DNA of 64,000 bases, taken from NCBI GenBank assembly GCA_025558095.1, contig JAIVFI010000029.1, positions 124,001-188,000 on the forward strand. Reading direction: 5' to 3'. This document shows positions 11,599 to 24,088 of the stretch, one piece after another. Every line of letters starts with the position of its first letter. Within the stretch, counting starts at the first letter, position 1. Both the position numbers and the translations under genes were made by a program. A model generated the notes under the pieces. It did not search any database. It saw only the letters and a list, made by a program, of their open reading frames with translations, and was not told the DNA's origin. The stretch comes from Hyaloraphidium curvatum SAG 235-1. Its lineage: Eukaryota > Fungi > Monoblepharomycota.

Positions 11599-14432
11599 AT
11601 GGCGTCCGCCGTCAACGGCATTCACGATGCGGCCGATACGCTGGTAGCGGCGGCGGAGGGCGAGCCGGCGGGGCTCGGGCTGACGGGCGCCGGCGCGCCC
11701 GGATCGGCCGTCGCCGCAACGCCGTCGGCGGCGTCGTCGGCGCTCGGCCGGCTCACCGCCCCGCTGAATGCCGCATCGCCGGGCGGCCCGTCGCCGGCAT
11801 CGCGGGCCGCGGCGTCGCCGTCGCTCAAGAACTTTGACGACGCGCTCGCCGACCTCGACGAGATGATGAGCGAGCTCGGCAACGTCAACGTCGAGACGAC
11901 GCCGGTGCCGCCGCGGAGGGCCAATTCGCAGGGCGGATCGGGCAAACCCGTGGCGCTGCCGTCGTCGCCTTCGCTGGACGCCGTGCCCGCGAGTGCGGCC
12001 CCCGCCGTGTCGTCGCCGGGCGCGCCTTCCCCGGCCAAGCCCTTCTCGTTCTCCCCCGGGCTGCCGGCGACGCCGGAAATCTCGAAGACGCCAGAGGTGA
12101 CCAAGACCCCGGAGCCTCTGGAGCAGCTGGCGTCTCCGGTGACGCTGCCGGCGCCGTCAGTGGCGGGCCCTGGATCCCCTCCCGCGGGCCCGGTCCTTGC
12201 CGCACCAAGCACCGCTGCTCCGCCCCCTGTTTTTGCCCCCCGAGCACCGTCACCGCTTCCCATGCCTTCTGTCGCCCCGATCGAGGTGGCGGTGCCGCAG
12301 CAGACCGGCACGCCGGCGCCCATGTCGCCCATCTCGCTGGCGTCTTCGATGTCGGTCCTGCCCGTCGGGGCGGCGGTGCAGCAGCCGGCGTCGGTGCTTC
12401 CCACGACCACCCCGTCGCCCATTCCCGAATCGCTGCCCGCGATCCCGCCGATCAGCTTCTCCCCGCTGCCCGAATGGGGCGTCGGCGCGCAGACGCCTTC
12501 CCCAACCGCTGGCGACGCGGCCCTCTCTGCCGCAGCGACCGCCCCGGCGACTTTCGTCCCGGATGCTGCAGCACCCGCAACGGTGCAACCCCCGGCCCTC
12601 TCGATCGCCGCCGCCACCCTCACCGGGCCCCCGCCAATGCCCACCCAAACGGTGCCTGCCTACGCGGCCCCCCTGCAACCCCCTGTCGACGTTCCCGACC
12701 GCCGCTCCTCGGCCCACCTCACCAATGCCAGCCGGCCCTCCACGGAGCAGCCGATGCTCGCCCCCATACCGCAGCAGGGTCAGCTCGGCGCCCCCGGCGC
12801 CCTCGCGACGGGCATCCAGCCCAGCCCCAGCCCCTACTCGGAGCTCTCCTACGATCCCGCAGCCGTTGCCGCCGCCGCCGCCGCCGCGACCGGTGTCGCC
12901 ACGCGCCCGCCGCAGGACGCCGGCTCCGCCGCCTCGGTCCAAGGTGCCCCGACCACCTCCCTGAACCGCAAAGGCACCATGGGCCGCTTCGCCAGCACCA
13001 TGCGCCCGCTCCCCTACGTCCCCACTAATCTCCCACCCCCTAAGAAGGAGCGCCGCGGGTGCTGCGGCCTGCTCCCCTTCCGCATGTCGGATGTGCTGCC
13101 CGGGTACAGGGAGCACGTCTGGGCGCGGTTCCTGTACTTCATCCTCCTCTGTATGCTGCTCGTGGCGGTGCTGGCGGTGCCGACGGCGCTGGTGTACGTG
13201 GGCTCGCAGACGGAGCGCAACCGGGGCGGCCAGATCTACCCGGGCACGCCCGGCGTGGAAGGGCCGGCGGTGAGGGAGGGCCTGCTCATGGGGGCTTCCA
13301 TAATCACGCTGGACGATCTCATCGACAGCAACTCGATGCTGGTGGGCACCCGCGCCGGGGTCCCCGGAGGACGCATCTCACTCACAGCCTCTCCCCGCCA
13401 GATCCGCTTCAACTTTTACCCCACGGGCCGCTACGCCGCGCGCATCGGCACCCAACCCAACAACCAGTCCTTCCCCCCGCCCATGGCTCTCACCATCTCG
13501 TGCGAGTTCGGCCCGGGCGTTCCCTTCTCGCCGGGCAACGCGGCGCAGTACGAGTTCTTGGCCGGCGCGCCGCCCCCGCTCGTCACGGTGCCGGCGCCCA
13601 TCTACGGGCCCAACGACATGTTCCCGTTCGACACGCACAACATCGAGCTGGGGATCAGGTGCTGGCAGGGGTCGGCGGTCGAGGGAACGGTGACGGAGGT
13701 GCCGATCTACGTGGAGCTGATCGGTGTCGTGCAGGTTCGCGGTTCGCTGCGTTGCTCGGTTGGTTGCTGGTTCTCACACCCGGTCCGTCGCAGAGCTGGA
13801 GGTTCGCCCTCACGACGCTGCACAACCCGACCTACACGAGGTGGACGGCGGACATTTACGCCAGCAGGTCGCCCACGACGGTCTTCTTCGCCATCTTCAT
13901 CATGATCCTCATGTGGTGCCTCGGTGGGTCCGGCCGCCCGCGTTGCCCCCGGACGCCGCTCATCCCCCCTCCTTCTCCAGCCATGTCCATGGCCTACATG
14001 TTCTACTACTACTCTTTCCGCGCCCCCCGCGGCCGCATGCCCGCGGACCTCCTCAGCGTCGGCCCCACGATCGTCTTTGCCCTCCCCTTTGTCCGCGAGG
14101 CCGTCCCCGGCACCCCGCCCGCCGGCGTGCTCTCGGACTACATCGCCTACTTCTGGTGCGAGGCCATCGTCGTCATCACCACCGTCGGCCTCATCGCCGT
14201 GTGGTTTTTGCGGCACCAGGCGCCGTTCCATGCCAACTGGAGGTGGAGGAGCAGCGCGCCCGCGGATATGGAGATGGTGTACAAGGGCCAGTCGGCGGTG
14301 CTGTCGCTGGACAACCTGGAGAGGGAGCCGATCGGGAGCAACGAGGACGCCGAGGGGCACGCGCTCCACGAGGATGCGGAGGGACATGCGCTGCCCCCGG
14401 ATGCCGAGGCGCACAACCTGCACGAGGACTGA
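11599..14432 (+). CDS. DUF4436-like membrane protein with a long Pro/Ala-rich N-terminus; 3 exons
   Basis: Introns at 13735-13793 and 13924-13980. Motifs FPFD, RSPTTVFFAIFIMILMWCL and FALPFVREAVPGTPPAGVLSDYIAYFWCE. Confidence 0.75.
14343..14429 (+). repeat. Coding 27-bp tandem repeat (~3.2 copies, EDAEGHALH-like)
   Basis: gaggacgccgaggggcacgcgctccac / gaggatgcggagggacatgcgctgccc / ccggatgccgaggcgcacaacctgcac / gaggac. Confidence 0.85.
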
Positions 14433-14593
14433 TTGGAGGTTGAGGGGAGTCTTGCGGACGCTTGGAAACGGAAGGGCGGTCTCCATAAGTTCTCCCATGT
14501 TCCTCTAACTTAGGCAAGCAACATTATGGTTTTTCCGAAACGCAAAGACCCGTGTCCAACCGTGCCCAAACCGCCATCGTCCGCCGCTTCCGG

Positions 14594-17500
14594 TTATTTT
14601 GTCGAGGTCTTTTTCATCGCGAACCGCCCCTTCTTCTTGGTGTCCACCTCCTGCGCGCTCTTGAGCAGCGCGAGCTCGCCCGGGAACAGGTACTCCCCGT
14701 CCGCCGACGTCGCCCCCTTGAGGTCCCCCGAGGTGCTGCGCGACGGCGCCGGGAACGCCTCCTCCCCGTCGCTCGACCGCCGCTTGAACAGGTCGGCGAC
14801 CGACTTTCGCCGGCCCGACGGCGGCGGGTGCCCCGAGATGCTCGCCCCGTCGTCGTCCTCGCCCTTGAAGAAGGAAGAGATGGAGCGCCGGCGCGACGAG
14901 TTGGATTTGATCGAGTGCGCGTCGTCGTTGTCGTGCACCGTGAGCATCCCCTGGTCGTCCGTCTTGCTGCGCGTCATCATGCCCAGGAGTTTCTTCTTCT
15001 TGGGCTTCTCCTCGGGCGGCGGCGCGTACGGGTCCGGCTCCTCCTCCTCCTTCTTGCGACCGAATTTGAGGATCTTCTTGATCCCGCCCTTGCCGTCCCC
15101 CAGCACCTTCATCTTCCCAACGGCCCCGGCCACCGCGAACGTCCGCCCGGGCTCGTACGGGCTCGTCGACCTCTCGTACGGCTCCTCCTCCTCCTCCGGG
15201 ACGGGCGACGCCGGCGCCGACCGCGGCTTGGCCCCAAAGATGGGCGGCACCAGCGCCGCGATCTCGGCGTCCTGCTTGGCCTTGGCCACCGCGCTCCAGT
15301 CCACGTCCCCCGGAGGCGGCCCGCCGCGGCGGAGGCTGTTGGTGCGCCTGGTCTCGGGGATCTCGGCGGCGGCCGCCGCCTCCACGCCTCCGGGCCCGGC
15401 GAGCGAGGCCCACGAGCGCGGGACCTTCTTCTCCATGGGCAGGGCCAGATCGGGGCCGAAGGAGAGGTTGGAGGAGCCGCGGGATGATTCGCGGCCGAGG
15501 TTGCTGGTGCCAGTGGGTACGAGAGAGGGGCGGCGCGGCGCTGGTGCGGGTTCGGGCTGCGGCACGTGCTCTTCCTCGTGCTCGGGCTCGGAGTAGACCT
15601 CCTCTTGCGGCGGCGGCGGCGGTGCGGGTTTCGGGGCGGCGGCAGGGCGGGGCACGCTCTGCGACCGCGGCGCCGGGGCCGGCAGCGCCGGCGCCGAGAC
15701 CGGCCGCGCCGACATGGGCCGCGCCGACGACGACGCCTGCGACCCCGGGCGGGGCGTCTCCGTCTCGTCGCCCTCGCCGCCCGACTCCTCGTCCTCGTCC
15801 TCCGAGGGCGGGCGACGGGCCGAGGGCGGGGGAGCCGCGGCCTTCTGCGCCTGCGCCCTCCGCGCGAGCTCCGCCTCCCTCCGCGCCAGGTCCGCCTCCC
15901 GCCTCCTCATCTCCTCGGCGCGCCGCTGATCCTCCGCCCTGCGCTTCTCCTCTTCCGCGCGGCGCCGCCTCTCCTCCTCCCTCCTCCGATCTTCGGCCGC
16001 CCGCCTCCTGCGCTCCTCCTCGAGCCTCGCCGCCTCCCTCGGATCCTCCTCCTCCTCCTCCTCGTCCTCGTCCTCGTATTCCTCGTCGTCCGAATCGTCC
16101 TCCCGCGCCGGGATCGGCTGCTGCGGCCTCCCGTTGGCCTTTGGCCGCGGCAGCGTGTCCTCCTCCGTGTCGCTCGCGGGGCCCCAGAGCAGCTCGCCGA
16201 TCAGCCCGCGGGTCTTCTTTGGCGGCGCCGCCTGCGGCTTCGCGGGCGGGGGTTTCTGCTGCGCGGCGGCTGGAGGCGGCTTGGCGGACGCGGGGGAGGG
16301 CTTGACGGGGGATGCGGGGCCGGGCGACGAGGCGGTTGCGCGCGTGGGTGACGGCGCGGCGGCAGAGGGGGAGCCCTGCCCGCGGAGCATGGCCACCGCC
16401 GAGGCAAAGTACCCCTTCTGCTGCTGCTGCACCGGCTGCTCGTCCTCCCCTTCCGATGATTCGTACTCGGATCCCGAGCCCGAGCCGTAGTCCGAATCCG
16501 AGGCCGGCGGCGGGGCGACGGGCTGCGCGGGCGCGTCGCGCTTGCCCGCCCAGACGAAGCCCGCGGGGGAGGGAGGGCGCTGCGCAGGTGCAGCGGCGGG
16601 GAGCGCGGGGGTGCGGGTGGTGGGGTGCGCGGATTTTGGGGGGGCGGGGTCGGGCAGCTTGGGGGCGCGGCCGGTGGTGGGGTAAGCGGATTTCGGGGGT
16701 TGCGGAGGGGGTGCGTCGGCGGCGCGTTCGAAGGCCGAGGTGAGGGCTTTGACGCGGGAACCCTGCGGCGGCGCGGCGGCGGGGGGGCGGGAAGCGGGTT
16801 GGGAAGGCGGTGGTGCTGCGATGGCGCGGGAAGATGGCTGGGTAGGAGGCTGCTGCCGCACGGGCGCTGGGGCTGGCGCTGGCACAGGGGCGCTCCGCGG
16901 TGCGGGGACCACGGCGCGCGATGATGCCGGCGCCGGCGCTGGCTGGGCGCGCGGTGCCGCCGCGATCGTCCTCTGCGCCTGCGCGGCGGGCGGCAGCTGC
17001 GGCGCCTTCGTCCTCGCGGGCGAAAGCAGGTTCTCGAGTTCCATCTCCAGGTCGTCCATCGCCTCGGTGAACGAGTTGCCCCTCCCTCGCGTCTGCGGGG
17101 GGGGTGCCAGGGCCCTCGGAGCAGGCGGACGCGCTGCCGGCGGGACCCGTGGCGTGGGCGCGCCCGAGGCCCCCGCGATGGCGGCATCCAGATCGTCCAG
17201 ATGGTCCAAGAACGCGGTGCTCGTGGTCCGTACGCTGCGGATGCTCCCCTCCCGCTCGTACTTGGGGCCCGACGGCAGGAACGAGGTCGCGGCGCGCGGC
17301 GGGAGGTGCGTCTGCGTGCTGGGTGGCGGGGGAAGCGCCCGGGGAGCGTAGGACGAGGATAAAAGCGAAGACGCGCCCACAGTCCGCGTGGGCGACGATG
17401 GCGCGGAGTAGCCGTAGCCCGAGGGGAAGTTGAGCGACTGCGGTTGGTACGGCGACGAGTAGGCGGTCGACTGCCCGTAGAGCGACGACGATGATCCGTA

Positions 17501-18013
17501 GCCTGTGCTGCCGCCGTAGCCGCTGCCCGCGCGGTAGGCCGACGGCGACGCGTAGGACGATGCCGATCCCAGGCCCGACGAATACTGGGAAGGCATTGGC
17601 AGCGGGGCCTGCGACGGCATCGGCAGGAACTGCGGGGCCGGCGCCGCCGCGTAGCCGCCCCCGCGGTCGAGGCCGGCCATCAGCGACGCCAGGTCGCCCG
17701 ACGCGGCGGTCGATGCCGACGTGTAGCCCGCGCCGTAGCCGGCCGACGGACCGTAGGTGGCCGCCGAGCCGTAACCGGCCGGGTAGCCGCCCGGCGTCCG
17801 CAGCGACAGCGCGCCCGAGCCGACGCGGTCCGGCGCGAAGCCCACCGGCGACGGCGGCGGCATCGGCGTCGAGAAGGCCGCGTACGGCAGCGGCGCGGGC
17901 CCCGCAGCGGAGGGCCCCCCCGCCGCCCACGCGCCGCCCGCGCCGCCCGCCGCCCCGCCCGGCCGCAGCGACGTCGAGATGAGGCTGTCGAGGTCGGCGA
18001 GGTGCGACTGCAT
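14594..18013 (-). CDS. Large low-complexity, disordered protein (Tyr/Gly/Ser-rich, Pro-rich, Glu/Arg-rich helix), intronless
   Basis: ~1140-aa open frame starting MQSHLADLD with coherent compositional blocks. No globular domain was recognised. Confidence 0.75.
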   Translation of the reverse strand: MQSHLADLDSLISTSLRPGGAAGGAGGAWAAGGPSAAGPAPLPYAAFSTPMPPPSPVGFAPDRVGSGALSLRTPGGYPAGYGSAATYGPSAGYGAGYTSASTAASGDLASLMAGLDRGGGYAAAPAPQFLPMPSQAPLPMPSQYSSGLGSASSYASPSAYRAGSGYGGSTGYGSSSSLYGQSTAYSSPYQPQSLNFPSGYGYSAPSSPTRTVGASSLLSSSYAPRALPPPPSTQTHLPPRAATSFLPSGPKYEREGSIRSVRTTSTAFLDHLDDLDAAIAGASGAPTPRVPPAARPPAPRALAPPPQTRGRGNSFTEAMDDLEMELENLLSPARTKAPQLPPAAQAQRTIAAAPRAQPAPAPASSRAVVPAPRSAPVPAPAPAPVRQQPPTQPSSRAIAAPPPSQPASRPPAAAPPQGSRVKALTSAFERAADAPPPQPPKSAYPTTGRAPKLPDPAPPKSAHPTTRTPALPAAAPAQRPPSPAGFVWAGKRDAPAQPVAPPPASDSDYGSGSGSEYESSEGEDEQPVQQQQKGYFASAVAMLRGQGSPSAAAPSPTRATASSPGPASPVKPSPASAKPPPAAAQQKPPPAKPQAAPPKKTRGLIGELLWGPASDTEEDTLPRPKANGRPQQPIPAREDDSDDEEYEDEDEEEEEEDPREAARLEEERRRRAAEDRRREEERRRRAEEEKRRAEDQRRAEEMRRREADLARREAELARRAQAQKAAAPPPSARRPPSEDEDEESGGEGDETETPRPGSQASSSARPMSARPVSAPALPAPAPRSQSVPRPAAAPKPAPPPPPQEEVYSEPEHEEEHVPQPEPAPAPRRPSLVPTGTSNLGRESSRGSSNLSFGPDLALPMEKKVPRSWASLAGPGGVEAAAAAEIPETRRTNSLRRGGPPPGDVDWSAVAKAKQDAEIAALVPPIFGAKPRSAPASPVPEEEEEPYERSTSPYEPGRTFAVAGAVGKMKVLGDGKGGIKKILKFGRKKEEEEPDPYAPPPEEKPKKKKLLGMMTRSKTDDQGMLTVHDNDDAHSIKSNSSRRRSISSFFKGEDDDGASISGHPPPSGRRKSVADLFKRRSSDGEEAFPAPSRSTSGDLKGATSADGEYLFPGELALLKSAQEVDTKKKGRFAMKKTSTK

Positions 18014-18794
18014 CGCGCCGCCCCGGCGCCCGGCCCCGGGAGTGATCGCGGGTCCACGGTCGTCCAGTCCCCCGCCGCCCCCAGCCAGCCGCGGCTCGAA
18101 ACCAACGCCCGATCGGCTGCCGCGCACTCGGGCAGCCAGATGGTGACCAAATGCCGATCCAGAAAAGAGCGTTTCCGATTTTCCCAAAGATTACGTGTCC
18201 GCTGGCCGCCTGCCCGCGTCGCAGCGTCGCCGGTCGCGCCTCCGAACGACCCTGATTGCAGAGCCGGATCAACAGGGCGCTGAAGAATGCCGCTGGCGGT
18301 CCAGGACAAACTGCAACGCTTTCCTGGTTTCCGGAGCAGCATAGAGAAGGGTCGTCGCGCCCGCGTCCACCAGTGACGCGTCGCGTGCGAAACCACATCA
18401 AGTCATCAAGTATGCCGATCGGCGAGGCCCACGCGCAGTGCGCATGGAGGAGAGGGCCTCCGGAGCGGAAAGACGCTCAGAAATCTTGTTTGCCGTGCTG
18501 ATCCGCGGGGGTGTGCCTTGCGCGCGACGCGAGCCGATACTGGCGTGACTGCCCCGCGGCCAAGCGGCCGCCCGCGAAGGAGCGCGAGGGCATGTGTGGA
18601 GGCCGGCTTCGGTCAGCGATGACCGAGGCATCGCGGAACGCGGCATGGGGAGGAGCGGGACGCGGGGGCGGGTAATGACTGATCATGCTGCGATCGGGAG
18701 CGGATGAGTCCGTACTGGGTAACAGGCGAACCATTGAGCAAGCTATCAGTCAAAGTGTTGCTCTGTGGATGCACGTTTCAATCCGAACTGCCAA

Positions 18795-19850
18795 CTACGA
18801 AGCGCCTGGCATCCCGGTCGAGATGTTCACTCTCCTCCCGATCCTTCGCCGCCACAGCTCCGCCTCCTCCGCACACCCTGCGATCCCCTCCTCGGAAACA
18901 TTTTCGGGATAAGCGATGTTGTCCACCCGAATGCGCAGCCGCGGTCGAGACGCCAGAAGCGCCGACAGCCGCCCGAGCCCGCCGTCGATCAGCGAGGCGT
19001 CCGCTACGAGTTCTGTCACTTCCAGCTCTTCCAGGGCCGCGGGCAGACCGCACTCCAGGATGTCCTTGGATGCCAACTCGCAGATGTCTAGGCTCTTGAT
19101 CGAGGGCAGGCGCGCGATCATTGCCAGAGTCTCCGGTTCGAGTGATGACGGGGCGGATTCGCTGCGGTTGTCGACATGGCGGGGCCGAAACCAGCGGTTG
19201 GTGCACGCGGTGCGGAAACCGTCCCCTTTTTCCACGGTCCATCCGGTGACTTTCCGGACCACACTGGGGTCGAGGAACCCAAGGACGTCGAGCCCCTCTT
19301 CGCCCCAGATATCGAGGGCCAGCTCCTCCAGGCCGGGACACAAATTGAGGAGACTCTTGAGCACGGGTAGCTGCGGATAACGATTCGATCCCTGATAGCG
19401 CAAGCATCGCACGAAAGGAAGGCTGAAGTCGAGCTCGTCCCCGATTTCACCGACGTTATCGTTCACATCTAGGGAGCGCAGTGACTCCGGAAGCGCCCTG
19501 AGCACGGCTGCCCATGAGTATGGCTCTTCGAAGTAGAGATCAACGGAACGTAGCCGTGAGGCCTGTTGGAAGACGCGCATCGCGACTGCCACGTCCTGCG
19601 TCCTCTCCAATGACATGATCCAGAGGTCCACGTGGCGCAAATGCCCGAGCCAATCGTTGGTCTCCCAGTGATCCAGCTGCGCCGGTTGAGGGCCGCCCCA
19701 ACAGCGGAATTGATAGAAAGCAAGCGGGGCGAGAAGCTCGAAGATCCCGCGAGACGCGCGTGCAAACTCGAGCTGCCACCGGCGCCGGAGGAACTGCGCG
19801 ATACGGTAGAGGATTTCGGGAGGCAGCTCGGCAGCGTCGGTGGTCGCCAT
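18795..19850 (-). CDS. F-box / LRR-like protein
   Basis: N-terminal ELPPEILYRIAQFL is F-box-like and is followed by LxxLxL repeats. Confidence 0.75.
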   Translation of the reverse strand: MATTDAAELPPEILYRIAQFLRRRWQLEFARASRGIFELLAPLAFYQFRCWGGPQPAQLDHWETNDWLGHLRHVDLWIMSLERTQDVAVAMRVFQQASRLRSVDLYFEEPYSWAAVLRALPESLRSLDVNDNVGEIGDELDFSLPFVRCLRYQGSNRYPQLPVLKSLLNLCPGLEELALDIWGEEGLDVLGFLDPSVVRKVTGWTVEKGDGFRTACTNRWFRPRHVDNRSESAPSSLEPETLAMIARLPSIKSLDICELASKDILECGLPAALEELEVTELVADASLIDGGLGRLSALLASRPRLRIRVDNIAYPENVSEEGIAGCAEEAELWRRRIGRRVNISTGMPGAS

Positions 19851-20003
19851 GGCAAAAGGGAGGGCGAGGAGTGTTGCTTGGGGTGCGGTGACGCGGCGAT
19901 CACGCGGGGGAAGCCTCCCGAATCCGGCCTCCCGCTTCCGAATTCACCCAGCATTCGGAACATGATCGCATCTTTTGTTGCAATACAGAAGTTAGAGACG
20001 ACC

Positions 20004-21052
20004 TCAACCGCTCCCGCCCCGGCTCCGAGCCTGCTTGATCGTCCGGCACTCAGTCGTCTTCCCGTCCCGCCTCGCGCTCTTGGCCCCGTGGATCGCGTCC
20101 GCGCCCTTGAAGTCCGCCTTCTGGCATTCTGCCGAGCAGTACGCGACCGCGAACGGCTTGCACCCGCCGCACTTGAACAGCTTCTGAAGTCCGGCTTCCT
20201 CGGCTGTCTTGCCGCACGACAGACAGCGCAGCTTGCTCCAGAACTGCTCCTTCGGGCCGGCTTCTGCGAGCGGCTTCTCGTGCCCGCCGAGAGCCTCCAA
20301 GTTGCTGGCGAGGTGGCCGTATCGACGCGCGGCGCGCTCGATGCGGGCAAGGGTGATGTCGTCGGCCTTCGCGGCGTCCGAAACGTCGTCACCCAAGATC
20401 CAGCGGGCATCGCGCAACGGATCATGCGTTCGCTCTTCCCAGATGATCCTCCACAAGATATCCATGTCGACCTTCTGGAGGAGCTTGGACCGGAACAGCT
20501 CCGCGATGATCTCTTTGCTGTCGTGGTCGGCAGGAGCTTTGAAAAAGCACCGAAGCTCCAGCAGGGTCCAGTGCATGCGCCAGGCACCAATAGCCTGTCC
20601 ATTGGCGACCAAGTAGTCGAGTACTCGGAACGTGTGCACCCGCTGCGTGCAATCCCGGCCGCGTAGCACCTTCTCCACCTCCTCAACAGACAAATCGCAG
20701 GCCTCGGCGATCAAGGAAGACCCAGAGACAGGAAATTCATCGATCTCGCTGTCGTCCGGCCCGGTGTCCGAGGGTTCCGCCAGCGGAGCTTTCGCCCTCC
20801 ACTCTTCGGCTTTCGCTTCGTTCATGGGGAGACCTTTGCCGCTGTCGGACTCGTCGTTAAGGGCAGCGCGTGGGCCGTAGCCTTCGGATACAGGGCAATG
20901 TTGTACGCCGTGCACATGAGGAGATAAATGTCCGCGGGGGCTTCCTGTGCCAGGACGCCCCGCGCCGCGGCGCGGACGGGTGCGAGGCACGCGCCGCAGA
21001 GCCAGTCCGGCGTGCAGCGTGTGCACCGAGGGGGAAGGACGTAGGGAGCCAT
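20004..21052 (-). CDS. zf-MYND protein with a SEL1-like segment; 2 exons
   Basis: Intron 20891-20842 gives ALGKGLPMNEAKAEEWRAKA. The C-terminus has CLSC...CGGC...YCSAECQKADF...H. Confidence 0.8.
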
Positions 21053-21262
21053 GGCGAAACGGGGCGAGCGAGCACGTCGGGTCGGAGAGTTTTGGTGGGA
21101 CGAGGGGTCCCGGCCCCACTGAGGCTCCAGCACGAGATTCCAAGAACAGCCAAAACATGTCGGCCACGAGATGTCGATATGGCGTCACAAACGAAAGATT
21201 TCGCCCTATTTGCGAGGTCCAAAGTGGCGGCCCGGCCCACCGCTGAACAGTTCGCGGAACAA

Positions 21263-23875
<2,613 letters not shown>

Positions 23876-24088
23876 TCAAATCATCTCCGGTCCGATCCGG
23901 CCCAGCATTCCCTATCTAGAAGATCTAGAAGCAAGAGGCAAGGTTCGGGCAAGGCGTCTTCCGCCCGGATGCTTGATGGCCCGCCAATGATGGCCTCTCT
24001 GTCTTCGCTGTGCAAGTCGAGCAATGAGATGCCGCCGACGGCGTCAGATCTCTATCACAGGCGCTGAGCGCCCCCCAACCCCGATACA

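Noticed and set aside
14505-18401. 1298-aa alternative-frame ORF and many other long overlapping or antisense ORFs (e.g. 6902-8596, 30154-31974, 50544-52418, 59511-61130)
   Set aside because: These are Arg/Gly/Pro-rich shadow frames expected in high-GC DNA, each overlapping a better-supported gene.
23914-23932. Helitron 3' end (CTAG)
   Set aside because: CTAG is followed by A rather than T on both strands, and there is no Rep/helicase. The sequence fits better as the retroelement tail.
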